From NCBI GenBank assembly GCA_902797855.1, contig CADBUI010000002.1, forward strand, positions 329 through 64,328: a stretch of 64,000 bases of DNA, read 5' to 3'. The notes beneath the pieces are model-generated. The model worked only from the letters and a program-made list of their open reading frames with translations. It did no database searches and was not told the origin of the DNA. The position numbers were made by a program, and so were the translations under genes. This DNA comes from an uncultured Erysipelotrichaceae bacterium. GTDB lineage: Bacteria > Bacillota_I > Bacilli_A > RFN20 > CAG-826. Positions within the stretch are counted from its first letter, which is position 1, and every line of letters begins with the position of its first letter. This document shows, piece after piece, positions 19,039 through 29,400 of this stretch.

Positions 19039-19947
19039 ATGTTTGACGTAATTGTTATTGGCGCAGGCCCGGGCGGAATGACCGCTGCACTTAATGTTAA
19101 AAGAGAAGGAAAATCAGTTCTTCTTTTAGAACACGAAAACTTCGGTGGTCAAATCGCCATGTCACCTCGCGTTGAAAATATTCCATCTATTAAAGAAATA
19201 TCTGGTGAAGAATACGCTGCTCAAATCTTTGATCAAATCACAGATTTAGGCGTTGAGTTCGAACTTGAAGATGTCGAATCCATTTCAAAAGATAACGAGA
19301 TCTTCAAAGTAAAAACAAACTATAACGAATATGAAGCTAAAAGCGTAATTATTGCGACTGGATGTGAACATCGCACAATGGGCATTGCTCGCGAAGCAGA
19401 ACTCGTTGGTCATGGTGTGAGCTATTGTGCAGTATGCGATGGTGCTTTCTATAAAGATGAAGAAGTAGTGGTTATTGGAGACGCTAATACAGCAATTCAA
19501 TACGCCATTGTCTTAGCAGGATATTGCACTAAAGTTCATGTCTGTGCACTATTTGATCACTTATTTGCAGATAAGATTCTCTGTGATAGATTATCAAAAT
19601 TCGCAAATGTAGATGTTCGCTATAATATCTCTTTAGAAGAATTTGTGGGCAATCCTGAATTAACTGGTTTAATCTTCAAAGATACAAAAACTGGTGAGAA
19701 AGTTGAATATAACTGCAAAGCTGTATTCATCGCTATCGGACAAATCCCTCATAACGATATATTCAAAGAATATGTTGATTTAGAAAAAGGATATATTGTT
19801 ACTAACGAGAGTATGGAAACAAAGACTCCTGGACTATTCGCAATCGGAGATTGTAGAGTCAAAAAATTCCGCCAAGTTGTAACAGCGGAATCCGATGGAG
19901 CGATTGCAGCAATTGAAGCAAGTCACTATGTTGACTTACATCAATAA
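19039..19947 (+). CDS. trxB: Thioredoxin reductase-family flavoprotein
   Basis: GAGPGG, IIATG, GVSYCAVCDG, TPGLFAIGD, RQVVTA. Confidence 0.9.
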   Translation: MFDVIVIGAGPGGMTAALNVKREGKSVLLLEHENFGGQIAMSPRVENIPSIKEISGEEYAAQIFDQITDLGVEFELEDVESISKDNEIFKVKTNYNEYEAKSVIIATGCEHRTMGIAREAELVGHGVSYCAVCDGAFYKDEEVVVIGDANTAIQYAIVLAGYCTKVHVCALFDHLFADKILCDRLSKFANVDVRYNISLEEFVGNPELTGLIFKDTKTGEKVEYNCKAVFIAIGQIPHNDIFKEYVDLEKGYIVTNESMETKTPGLFAIGDCRVKKFRQVVTAESDGAIAAIEASHYVDLHQ

Positions 19948-20630
19948 CTTCTTAGTTCTACATCACTAATATATTTAAGAACAATGTCCTTAGCCTTAAG
20001 GGCATTTTCTTTTTCTAATTCATGAAGACCTTTTTGAATACAGTTTTCACTAGGAATAAATTTTTGAATTCTATATGCTCTTGCGCCTTTAAGCCATTGA
20101 CCGATTTTTTCAAAATCTTCGAGAGTGTGAAACTCTTTTATAACAGTAGTTCTAAACTCATATGGAACACGATTTTCTAGTAGGATCTCAATTGTTTTTT
20201 CAATATTAGATAAATCTAGTTGCGTTAAACCTGTAGTAATAGCGTACTTTTCTTTAGAGTTTTTAATGTCCATAGCGACATAATCAATTAGCTTCTCATC
20301 AATGAGCTCTTTAACGATTTCTGGATTAGTTCCATTTGTGTCTAACTTCACTAAAAATCCCATCTTTTTGATTTCAGTGATAACTCTTTTTAAATCTTTA
20401 TGTAATGTTGGCTCTCCTCCAGTAATCACAACTGCATCAAGTACACCAACACGCGTTTTTAAATATGAAAGAATATCTTCTTCATCAATTGAAGTTTCTG
20501 GAGTGGACACTACTAAAGAAGAGTTATGACAAAATGGGCATCTAAAATTACAACCTGCTGTAAAAATAGTGCAGGCGATCTTTTCGTCATAGTCCACTAA
20601 TGAGAGTTTATCGATACCGTAGAATTTCAT
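19941..20630 (-). CDS. nrdG: Anaerobic RNR activating enzyme (radical SAM)
   Basis: SLVDY, GCNFRCPFCHN, TGGEPT, KLDTNG, YEFRTT. Confidence 0.93.
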   Translation of the reverse strand: MKFYGIDKLSLVDYDEKIACTIFTAGCNFRCPFCHNSSLVVSTPETSIDEEDILSYLKTRVGVLDAVVITGGEPTLHKDLKRVITEIKKMGFLVKLDTNGTNPEIVKELIDEKLIDYVAMDIKNSKEKYAITTGLTQLDLSNIEKTIEILLENRVPYEFRTTVIKEFHTLEDFEKIGQWLKGARAYRIQKFIPSENCIQKGLHELEKENALKAKDIVLKYISDVELRSY

Positions 20631-20708
20631 ATTTCTACAAACAATTATATTGTTATTTTTAATACTTTTATATCTTTTTCATATTTTTTCAATATAATAG
20701 TTGTTGTT

Positions 20709-22223
20709 ATGAACTTCCTAAAGAAACTTGGAAATTTTGAATCACTATTAACATTCCTAATTATGGAATTATTAGCAATCACTGCTTTTATGCTTGGTAA
20801 CGCGAATAGTGTATTTTTCATTGTTGGAGCGCTATTAACTGTTTTTTCTGGATTAATGTTATATAACAGATTTTCCAAAAGCGAGCTCCCTTCTTTAGCG
20901 TTCATCTTTCTCCCTATTTTATTAATTTCAATATTTGCATCGTTTGGCAATTTTTCTAGTGGGGCTGGAGTGCTTGTAAACATCCTGACATTCTTAGGAA
21001 TTAATGCATATTTCTTACTTGGATTATTCACTAGAAGAATTCAAAAAATAGATCTTTCAAAAGTATTAATCTGCATATATGCAGGTTTTTCCCTTGTTGT
21101 GCTTATTTCTTTATTCTACACCTGGGCGAGATATGGTCTATTTTATACACTAATTTATAAAGATACCCCAACATATTATTATGATGGTCAATTATTTAAT
21201 ATCACCATTGAACAAGGGTGGTTAAGTGGTCTTTCATTTAAAGAAGTTTCATTACAATATTCAGGTTTATTTGGAGTGATTTTATGCACTGCACTTGTGC
21301 CTTTAATTTATTTATCTCCAAAGAAAAACAAGATTGAATTTATTATCTATGCAGTCATTTCCTTTATTGGTGTTCTTTCTATTGTTTCTTCTCCAAATTT
21401 AGAAGCTCTTTTATATTTAATTCCTATTGCTTTTGTTGGATTAATTATTCGTCTATTACATAGTGAAAAAATCAAAGAAGAAACTAAAAAAACTCTTAAA
21501 AAAGTACTATATATTGGCTTTGTTTGTTTAGTTATTATTGTTTTAGTCTTCTTCGTTTTAGCGCTTTTAAACGCATCTGGATATAACCAGGCGATTGGCT
21601 ACACAAGCGAACTTGAACCAATATCATCTTTCTCTCAGTTTATTAAAAATAATTGGTTCTTAAATAAGCTCTTTAACAATGGAAGAATTATGACTCCAAT
21701 CAATAAAGTTCTTAATCAAGCAACTGTATCATTTAATCTATTTGGTTTCCTTAATGATGGCAATATGCATCCAGCGACTGAACTTGCTATCCAAAGTGAA
21801 ACTCATATGTTTGAAATTGAACTAATTAAAGAAGGTGGAATTTTTGCCTTCATTATTTTGTTTGCCTTAATTATCTTTATGTCACAAAACATCATTAGAT
21901 ATTTCCATAAGAGCAAAGACGCAAATCATATTAAAGCAACACTAATTACTCTTGTTATTGTTATCTTTATTTATGAATCATTCTCTCATTCGTCTTTCCC
22001 AATTATTCATGAACCAACCTCATATAATTCGTTCATGAGATCGTTACCATGTTCTATCTTCTTATTCCTTCTAGGAATTATGTTCTATCCTCAACTTAAA
22101 AAGGATGAAATTCCGATGTTTGAAAAAGAAATTAAAATCGAGGAAGTTAAAAAAGAAGAACAACCAAAAATTGTTGATGATGAATATACATTCACAATTG
22201 ACTCAGAAGAGGAGGATAAATAA
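20709..22223 (+). CDS. Polytopic membrane protein, Wzy/O-antigen-ligase-like
   Basis: About 12-13 TM, large late external loop ending THMFEIELIKEGGIF (resembles the H...E.G motif of Wzy_C); family call is tentative. Confidence 0.6.
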   Translation: MNFLKKLGNFESLLTFLIMELLAITAFMLGNANSVFFIVGALLTVFSGLMLYNRFSKSELPSLAFIFLPILLISIFASFGNFSSGAGVLVNILTFLGINAYFLLGLFTRRIQKIDLSKVLICIYAGFSLVVLISLFYTWARYGLFYTLIYKDTPTYYYDGQLFNITIEQGWLSGLSFKEVSLQYSGLFGVILCTALVPLIYLSPKKNKIEFIIYAVISFIGVLSIVSSPNLEALLYLIPIAFVGLIIRLLHSEKIKEETKKTLKKVLYIGFVCLVIIVLVFFVLALLNASGYNQAIGYTSELEPISSFSQFIKNNWFLNKLFNNGRIMTPINKVLNQATVSFNLFGFLNDGNMHPATELAIQSETHMFEIELIKEGGIFAFIILFALIIFMSQNIIRYFHKSKDANHIKATLITLVIVIFIYESFSHSSFPIIHEPTSYNSFMRSLPCSIFLFLLGIMFYPQLKKDEIPMFEKEIKIEEVKKEEQPKIVDDEYTFTIDSEEEDK

Positions 22224-22225
22224 TT

Positions 22226-23113
22226 ATGAAACTTGCTAAATTAATACTCCTTCCACTTATTGCTATATCTTTATCTAGCTGCGGAGAAGCAGTTAGAGAA
22301 CTTTATCGTTCAGATGAATATATAACCTCTGATTTTAATAGTAACTATTACACTTCTTGGAACGGCGTTGAATCTATCGTTCCTATTGAAGAGATTAATC
22401 ATAACGTTAATCCAACAATTCACGATAAAAGAACCGCTAAAATAGATGGACTTAGAACTTGGTATAACGATGATGGTGCAGTCGTTGGAGATCAATACGA
22501 TTCTAAAGGCGCAATCTATAGTTGGCTAGATGATGATCCTGAAACAAAGAAAACAGTTCCAGTAGGATATGGTCCAAATAAATGCTTATCTAATATAGAT
22601 AAATCTTTCTCATATGGTTATCTTTCTAAACTATATGACGGACGTGTTAGATGCGATGGATTTTTTGCAAAATCGCGCGTTCAACTTAATAAAACTGGTT
22701 ACGCGACATATTTCCCAAAAGCTCTTTCAACTTATAAATATTTCGCGTTCGCGCTTAGAGGTGGCACAACATGTGAAAGATCGTTCTCAGTCATGCCAAA
22801 ACTCGGCATTAAAGTATCTTTTTATGTCCATAATCCAATCGCAAACACATATAAGAAACATATTTTTAATATGAATGATATCGAAGTTCAGACAAATGCT
22901 GGTGGTAACACCTCCCTCATCAGTTTTTACTTTGATAATGTTTTAGGCTCATCTTGGCAAAGTGAACTTAAAGACACAACGGCAATGTCATTTGAATATA
23001 GTGTTAAATCGATTCAATATGATGACATCACTGATGATATGAATGATAAAGTAAAACACCACTTTGCAGTGATGCTTTACGAAGTAATGTTACCAGAATC
23101 AACTTGGTATTAA
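22226..23113 (+). CDS. Hypothetical lipoprotein
   Basis: Lipobox LSSC; SD GGAGG; starts 2 nt after the upstream stop. Confidence 0.8.
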   Translation: MKLAKLILLPLIAISLSSCGEAVRELYRSDEYITSDFNSNYYTSWNGVESIVPIEEINHNVNPTIHDKRTAKIDGLRTWYNDDGAVVGDQYDSKGAIYSWLDDDPETKKTVPVGYGPNKCLSNIDKSFSYGYLSKLYDGRVRCDGFFAKSRVQLNKTGYATYFPKALSTYKYFAFALRGGTTCERSFSVMPKLGIKVSFYVHNPIANTYKKHIFNMNDIEVQTNAGGNTSLISFYFDNVLGSSWQSELKDTTAMSFEYSVKSIQYDDITDDMNDKVKHHFAVMLYEVMLPESTWY

Positions 23114-24021
23114 TGCTTTAGATATTTTGAAATATCGAGCCATTCACCCATTTCAAAATCACATTTATCATCATCTAAAATTAATGTGCCCTTTGCTGGG
23201 GTGAAAGTCATTTCACCAAAGTAGATTTTTCCATTAATGTTATATAAATCAACCCTCACAAATGGGAATTTTTTTGCTAGGTTCTCGGCTATTTTTACCA
23301 TTTCATCCCAATTACTTGGGATAGGAACGCCATCTTCTTTTTTCTTCCAGCCATTAAACTGTGAACCATCGAATTCTTTCCAATCAATGTAATAGTTATT
23401 GTATCGAATGTCTTGTCCTCTACCAGTTACTACATACATTGATCTAGCTACTCCGTTAAAGACATGAATTTTATATTCAACTGGTAAAGAATCAATCTCA
23501 CCAATATATTTTTCAACTATGATTCTTGGAGTGATACTTGAATAATGTTTCTCAAGTGTTTTATTACCATAATTTGTCTTAAGCCATTTATTAAATTGTT
23601 TTCTAGCTTTTTTGATATCTAATTTTGATTTGTCTTTCACAATTAGATTGAATGCGCAAGCATGCGTGCACTTTAAGACAAAGCTATTTGGCAAAGCATC
23701 AAAATCAATATCATCAAATTTATCAAACACTCCAAAAGAAGGAATTAGTAAATCTTCATATCCGAGTTCTTTTAAATACTCTCTTGCCCCATCTCTAGAT
23801 GCGCATTTACTCACCAAGTTATCCTTTGGATACACAAAGAGTCTAAGATATTGTAGTTTCTCTGTGTATCTAATTGGATTTTTTAAATTGCACTTATGAT
23901 GAGTGATGTATTTATATTGCTCTTTAACATAAAAGGCAGGAAAAAGTGTCCTAACTATTCCTCTAAATGGCACAAGCAAGGCTCTTTTTAATTTATTTTC
24001 TTTTAAGTTTGGATTTGGCAT
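23110..24021 (-). CDS. TupA-like ATP-grasp protein
   Basis: NLKNP..YTEKLQYL, LPNSFVLKCTH, PRIIVEKYI, EYKIHVFNG, FVRVDLY, IYFGEMTFTP. Confidence 0.9.
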   Translation of the reverse strand: MPNPNLKENKLKRALLVPFRGIVRTLFPAFYVKEQYKYITHHKCNLKNPIRYTEKLQYLRLFVYPKDNLVSKCASRDGAREYLKELGYEDLLIPSFGVFDKFDDIDFDALPNSFVLKCTHACAFNLIVKDKSKLDIKKARKQFNKWLKTNYGNKTLEKHYSSITPRIIVEKYIGEIDSLPVEYKIHVFNGVARSMYVVTGRGQDIRYNNYYIDWKEFDGSQFNGWKKKEDGVPIPSNWDEMVKIAENLAKKFPFVRVDLYNINGKIYFGEMTFTPAKGTLILDDDKCDFEMGEWLDISKYLKH

Positions 24022-24086
24022 GCAAGATTAGTATAGGTTAACGATTTCTTTTAATCAAATGTGAAAAATATTATTATATATTCGCT

Positions 24087-24467
24087 ATGAAAAAGGCATT
24101 AACAAAATGGTATTTATACCTAATCGGTTTGGGATTAGGAATCATTATTTCCTGTATTTCAATTATTCCACACATTGTTGCAACCTATGTTCCAAATAGT
24201 GGAGTGGATTGGCCTTTTCAATTCATCGGTTATTGCTATTTCTTTTCAGCAGTAATTTGCTTTGGAATTGGGTTCATTTGGCAGGATATATATCGCGCTC
24301 ACCATAGACACAAAACCAAGAACTGGAGTGACAAATTACCTGATCAAATCCTAGAAACTGCTTGGACAATATTTATTCCATTTATCGTTGGTGCGCTCAT
24401 CGCTCTCATTGCAGGTACTGTTCATTATTTAATGTATATAAATATACCGGCGAACCAACTATACTAA
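24087..24467 (+). CDS. Hypothetical 3-TM membrane protein
   Basis: 126-aa ORF with three hydrophobic segments, followed by a hairpin plus T-tract at about 24485-24510. Confidence 0.7.
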   Translation: MKKALTKWYLYLIGLGLGIIISCISIIPHIVATYVPNSGVDWPFQFIGYCYFFSAVICFGIGFIWQDIYRAHHRHKTKNWSDKLPDQILETAWTIFIPFIVGALIALIAGTVHYLMYINIPANQLY

Positions 24468-24609
24468 GAAATAAATTAATTAAAGAACCACTTTAGTGGT
24501 TTCTTTTTTTATAAAGTTAATGTAAGCACTTTTTAAGTTGTTTAATTATTTAAATAGTGCTATATTATACGCAATCTAAAAGATTGAAAGGAAAAAGGAG
24601 GTAAAAATT

Positions 24610-27075
24610 ATGAAAGTAAAAACAAACTTAGTTACTTCACTTGTAGCTCTCTCCGCTTTGCTTTTAACAGGTTGTCCTCATACTCAAGAAGAGGAATACC
24701 GTGTTACTGGCGATTACTTAACTGGTAAGCTCGCCAAAAGAGATTACAAAGCATATCTTGGTAGTGCACCTACTACTCTTGATGCCACAAAATCTCAAAG
24801 CGCTGAGAACATTTCTCACTTAGCAAACTTCGAAGATTGCTTAGTTATGAATGATAGCTATGGAGTCCTTAGGAGATCCTTAGCGGCTACTGCTACTAGA
24901 GATGCTAGTAAACAAGTATTCACCTTCACTATTAAAGAAGGAATTCCTTGGATGACTGCTGATGGTAGCCAATATGTGTATAGAAACACTCCTCAATTTG
25001 TTAAAGCTGAAGACTTCGTTACAACTGCTAAACAAGTCCTTAACTATAACAACAACTCTGAGATTTACTACATGTATACTCTCTTCATCAATAACGCTTG
25101 GGAATACTATTGCTACACAATGATGGCAAAACGTATTGCTGACCAATATGTTGATGAAAAAGGCTTCCATTATGACACATTACAAAATAATATGGATGCC
25201 CAAGCTACTAAGTTAACTGAACTCGTTAGAGAACTTTCTAACCAAGATCCAGATACTGAAATTACCGGTTCTGTCATTGGCGATATTAAGGACTTTAAGA
25301 GAGTTGGTGTTTCCGCTAAAAATGGTGTGCTTACATACACACTTAACCAACCAGCGGACTTCTTCCCAACAATGTTAACTTACACTCCATACACCCCAAT
25401 TAACTCACACTTCTTAGCAGCTCACAAAAATGACTACGGAACCAAGAAAGATACAATTCTTTACTGCGGACCATTCATTCTTGATGAATTATCAAGCGAA
25501 ACTGTGAGATATAAAAAGAATGAACAATATTGGGATAAAGATTCAGTTCATATTGACACTGTCGAATATCAAATCGCAGACAGCTCCCTTGGATATGCTG
25601 ATATGCGTACTTCATTCGACCAAGGTAAAGTCGACGGATTCTCATTATCCATCGAAGATGAAACTGGATGGAATATGTACATTAAAGGACCAGATGGTAC
25701 TGGTACAATCCAAAACCCAGCTAGTGACCTTGTTAATAGTAGAGAATTAGATGACGTTGATTACACATATCACATGATTCTTAACACAAACCGTTCTACT
25801 GACGAATCTTCATATAGCAACTCACCATTCTATATTGCTATGAGAAATGCCAAGCATTGGGATGATGCTGATATCCAAGCTGATATTCTTAACTCAAACA
25901 AAGCATTCAAGCTTAGAGAAGTTCGTAAGATGATTCTCGATGGTATCAACCTCGAAATCTATAACGAAAACTATCACGCTCCAGAACGTGATCAATACCA
26001 AATCAACACATTCACTCCACGTGGATATGTCTTCGATGGTGCTGGTGTTGACTATATTGATTACTACTATTCCTACTATGCAGTTCAAAAAGGATTAGTT
26101 TCACCAAGTGCAACTGAAGCAGAAAAAGTTGCTGCTGGTAAAGAAGCTGTTGGACCACAACAAATCAAAGGTGTCCAACTCACACAAGACGCAGAAACAA
26201 TTGCTAAATATCCATGGTTAGACTTAGCCAAAAATAGAGATAGAGCAAAAGCTGCTGTTGATCTATACAACGCTGCTAATCCAGGAAATCAAATTGCAAA
26301 ACCAGTCAACATTGAATATATCGGTGTTGGTGCTCTTAACTCCAAATCAGACACAAATGAAAAAGCTGTTGTCCAATCTTGGAACGAAAGAGCAAATGGA
26401 TGTGCTATTGACCCAGGTCGTGCTGCTCAAGTTGGTTTACCAACATGTCAAGAAGCATTCGGCACAACTGATTACCCATACTTCTATATGAGACTTTCTC
26501 AACCAGGTTCACAAGATAAGTTACAAACTATTGTTGAAAACGGTCGTTGCTCAATTTACACCGGTTGGGGATGGATTGGTGACTACGCTGACCCATTAAC
26601 CTATGTTCACTGCTATGTTACAAACGGTGAAATGTCTAAGATGAGTGGTAACAATACACTCGACTTAGATAACTGGCGTTTAAATGATGAAGGTACAGTC
26701 ATCACTAAAGATGCGGAGAAGTTATTCGAACAATATAACTTAGATGTCATTGCTGCAAACAATCAACGTGATTCCCTTACAGCTAGATATCAAGAATTCG
26801 CAAAAGTCGAATACAAATTGCTCAACGATCTATACGTCATGAAACCACTTGCTATGCATACCCAAGGTTGGGCTGCATCAGTTTCAAGAGCTGCTGGATA
26901 TGAAAACCCACAAGCTCACTACGGTTTAGCTGATAACATTCTTAAAGGAATGTGGGTACTTGTCGATGTTCCAACAGGTGCGGAACGTAAACAATGCCGT
27001 GATCTTCAAAACCAAAGAAAAGCCGAAGCAATGGCTGCTGTTGGTGGTAATGCCATCAATGGTGCATTCATGTAA
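24610..27075 (+). CDS. oppA: Oligopeptide ABC transporter substrate-binding lipoprotein (extended)
   Basis: Lipobox LLTGC; VKAEDFV, LYCGPF, KNEQYWD, GWIGDYADPLTY; first gene of the opp operon. Confidence 0.9.
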   Translation: MKVKTNLVTSLVALSALLLTGCPHTQEEEYRVTGDYLTGKLAKRDYKAYLGSAPTTLDATKSQSAENISHLANFEDCLVMNDSYGVLRRSLAATATRDASKQVFTFTIKEGIPWMTADGSQYVYRNTPQFVKAEDFVTTAKQVLNYNNNSEIYYMYTLFINNAWEYYCYTMMAKRIADQYVDEKGFHYDTLQNNMDAQATKLTELVRELSNQDPDTEITGSVIGDIKDFKRVGVSAKNGVLTYTLNQPADFFPTMLTYTPYTPINSHFLAAHKNDYGTKKDTILYCGPFILDELSSETVRYKKNEQYWDKDSVHIDTVEYQIADSSLGYADMRTSFDQGKVDGFSLSIEDETGWNMYIKGPDGTGTIQNPASDLVNSRELDDVDYTYHMILNTNRSTDESSYSNSPFYIAMRNAKHWDDADIQADILNSNKAFKLREVRKMILDGINLEIYNENYHAPERDQYQINTFTPRGYVFDGAGVDYIDYYYSYYAVQKGLVSPSATEAEKVAAGKEAVGPQQIKGVQLTQDAETIAKYPWLDLAKNRDRAKAAVDLYNAANPGNQIAKPVNIEYIGVGALNSKSDTNEKAVVQSWNERANGCAIDPGRAAQVGLPTCQEAFGTTDYPYFYMRLSQPGSQDKLQTIVENGRCSIYTGWGWIGDYADPLTYVHCYVTNGEMSKMSGNNTLDLDNWRLNDEGTVITKDAEKLFEQYNLDVIAANNQRDSLTARYQEFAKVEYKLLNDLYVMKPLAMHTQGWAASVSRAAGYENPQAHYGLADNILKGMWVLVDVPTGAERKQCRDLQNQRKAEAMAAVGGNAINGAFM

Positions 27076-27097
27076 GATATAATCTTATAAACAACTT

Positions 27098-27131
27098 AAT
27101 TCAGGGTCGAAGACTAACTCGGCCCTGAATT
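27098..27131 (+). promoter_or_regulatory. Intercistronic stem-loop (probable oppA mRNA stabiliser/attenuator)
   Basis: AATTCAGGGTCGA...TCGGCCCTGAATT hairpin with only a short T tract. Confidence 0.6.
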
Positions 27132-27156
27132 TACCTTATTTGAAAGGAGATAATTA

Positions 27157-28362
27157 ATGGCTACTTATATTATTGGATATACCTTAATCGCCCTCGTTGT
27201 GATTTTTGTTATATTCGTCGAATTAGTAAGCCATAAAGTCATCTTCACTAAGTCGCCTAAGATTCAGATGATATTTGGTCACCCTCTTCTACGTTATTCA
27301 ATCCGTAGATTTGGTAGTGCCATCATATCTATTTTGCTTGCCATTACGGCAACTTTCTTTTTAATTAGATTCAAAGTTGACGCTAATGGTGGTGAAAGTT
27401 TCTGTTCGACAATTGTGTCTACTTGGGACAAACTTAAAAACCAACCTGCTATTCGTCTTGATCTATGTAACAAGATGAAAGCAAACCTTGGTTTAACTGA
27501 TAACTGGTTCAAGGATTTATTCACTTATTTCTATAACATCCTTCCATTCCCAAAGACAATTTGTCTTTCTTACTTTGATGTCGACACAAATGCGATGTCA
27601 TTCTCCGATTGCCGTAACACTATTATGTATTTAGGTCGCGCATTCTTCGTTGCAGGTAGCAATGGTGAATACGTTACCGATTTACTATTTAGCAAGATGG
27701 GAATTTCATTCCAAGTCGGCATTATCGGGTCACTTATTGAAGTTGGACTTGGTTACCCAATGGGTATCCTTATGGCCAGACACAAAGATGGCGTCTTTGA
27801 TAGAATTGGTAACGCATATATCATTTCCATCGATGCTATCCCGGGCGTTGCATATTATTACATTTGGATGATTTTACTATGTACGCTTATAGGTTTACCA
27901 AGCTCTTACGTTTCTAACCCGGCTGATCCAATGCACTTTGTATCAATCCTCCCAGCTGCCTTAACCATGGGCTTTACTGGAATGGCGGGTATCGCACTTT
28001 GGGTTAGACGTTATATGCTTGATGAATTTAACTCTGATTACGTTAAATTTGCTAGGGCAAAAGGTCTTTCAGAAAGAAGAATTCTTGGCGTTCACGTTTT
28101 AAGAAATGCGATCGTTCCTTTAGTACGTTCTATTCCTGCTGCTATTTTAGGAGCACTTCTTGGAACATTCTTCCTTGAAAAGATTTATGGAATTCCAGGT
28201 ATTGGTATTCTTGCCTATCAAGTTGAAACCGCAAGTAAACTTGACGTTTACGTTTTACAAGGAATCATCATTATTTCAGCATTAATCAGTGTTGTTAGCT
28301 ATTTACTTGGTGATATTGTCACTGCAATTATCGATCCACGTATTAGCTTTAGTGATGATTAG
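27157..28362 (+). CDS. oppB: Oligopeptide ABC permease
   Basis: SDYVKFARAKGLS, HVLRNA, IDPRI. Confidence 0.93.
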   Translation: MATYIIGYTLIALVVIFVIFVELVSHKVIFTKSPKIQMIFGHPLLRYSIRRFGSAIISILLAITATFFLIRFKVDANGGESFCSTIVSTWDKLKNQPAIRLDLCNKMKANLGLTDNWFKDLFTYFYNILPFPKTICLSYFDVDTNAMSFSDCRNTIMYLGRAFFVAGSNGEYVTDLLFSKMGISFQVGIIGSLIEVGLGYPMGILMARHKDGVFDRIGNAYIISIDAIPGVAYYYIWMILLCTLIGLPSSYVSNPADPMHFVSILPAALTMGFTGMAGIALWVRRYMLDEFNSDYVKFARAKGLSERRILGVHVLRNAIVPLVRSIPAAILGALLGTFFLEKIYGIPGIGILAYQVETASKLDVYVLQGIIIISALISVVSYLLGDIVTAIIDPRISFSDD

Positions 28363-28376
28363 AAAGGAGTGAGATT

Positions 28377-29384
28377 ATGTTAGAGACAAACAATATTAAA
28401 AATATTGATTCAACTGTCTACCATAACGTTGAAGACCTCTTCACAGTTGTGGGTGCATCAGATGAAGAAATCGAAAAACTTAATGCCGCTCCTTATTCAT
28501 ATTGGAGAGAGACATTAAAACAACTCTTCAAACGTCCATTAACAATTATTTGTCTGGCGATGATTGTTATTTTGATTTTCTTCACAATCTTTGGACCAAT
28601 GATGACCAATTACTCAATGATTACTGATGAGGCAAAAGGTCTTGTGAAGAGCGAATTTGAACCAAACCTTCCTTGGAGTGCAGAACACTTCTTTGGCACT
28701 GGTGGTACATTATCTAACTCTTATTTTGATAAAGTTGACTTATGGACCGCCGTTTGGGTTGGTACAAGATTATCTTTGTTGCTCGGAACCGTTGTTGCAC
28801 TTATTGATACCATTTTAGGTATTTTGATGGGTTCTATTTGGGGTTATTTCCGCAAATTAGACCCAATTATGATTGAATTCCGTAACTTTGTTAATAACGT
28901 TCCTAGCATCTTACTATATTTCCTACTTATGCAATTCCTTAACCCATCATTCTGGACTATTGTATTAGTCTTATGTATGTTTGGTTGGCTTGGACTAGCA
29001 GGATTTATTCGTAACCAAATTATTATTATTCGTAATCGTGAATATAACGTTGCTTCTTTGACTTTAGGAAGCTCACCACGTGCCATGATTACCCATAACT
29101 TATTACCATACTTAGTTTCAGTTATCGTGACTGTTGTTTCGACTGCTATTCCAGCAGCGATTAGCTCTGAAGTTGGTCTTGCCTTCTTCGGCTTATCATT
29201 CTCACCAAGCAATGGTGACATTACTCTTGGACAACTTTTAACAGCAGTTACATCTGCAGGTGAATGGATTGACCATCCAAACTTACTTGTCGTTCCACTC
29301 ATCGTAATGGTACCTCTTACTATTTCTTTCTATATAGTAGGTCTTACTTTAGCGGACGCGACTGATCCTAAGAACCATAGATAG
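28377..29384 (+). CDS. oppC: Oligopeptide ABC permease
   Basis: SYW, HFFGT, GTRLSL, REYNVASLTLG, HNLLP, DATDPKNH. Confidence 0.93.
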   Translation: MLETNNIKNIDSTVYHNVEDLFTVVGASDEEIEKLNAAPYSYWRETLKQLFKRPLTIICLAMIVILIFFTIFGPMMTNYSMITDEAKGLVKSEFEPNLPWSAEHFFGTGGTLSNSYFDKVDLWTAVWVGTRLSLLLGTVVALIDTILGILMGSIWGYFRKLDPIMIEFRNFVNNVPSILLYFLLMQFLNPSFWTIVLVLCMFGWLGLAGFIRNQIIIIRNREYNVASLTLGSSPRAMITHNLLPYLVSVIVTVVSTAIPAAISSEVGLAFFGLSFSPSNGDITLGQLLTAVTSAGEWIDHPNLLVVPLIVMVPLTISFYIVGLTLADATDPKNHR

Positions 29385-29400
29385 AAAGGAGAAGCACATA

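Noticed and set aside
14545-24095. Shared TATTCGCTATGAAAAA at the starts of the 14552(-) and 24087(+) genes
   Set aside because: Short, AT-rich and includes ATG-AAA; best explained by leaderless start context or chance.
24521-24534. cre-like sequence TGTAAGCACTTTTT upstream of oppA
   Set aside because: Lacks the central CG and terminal CA of CcpA sites.
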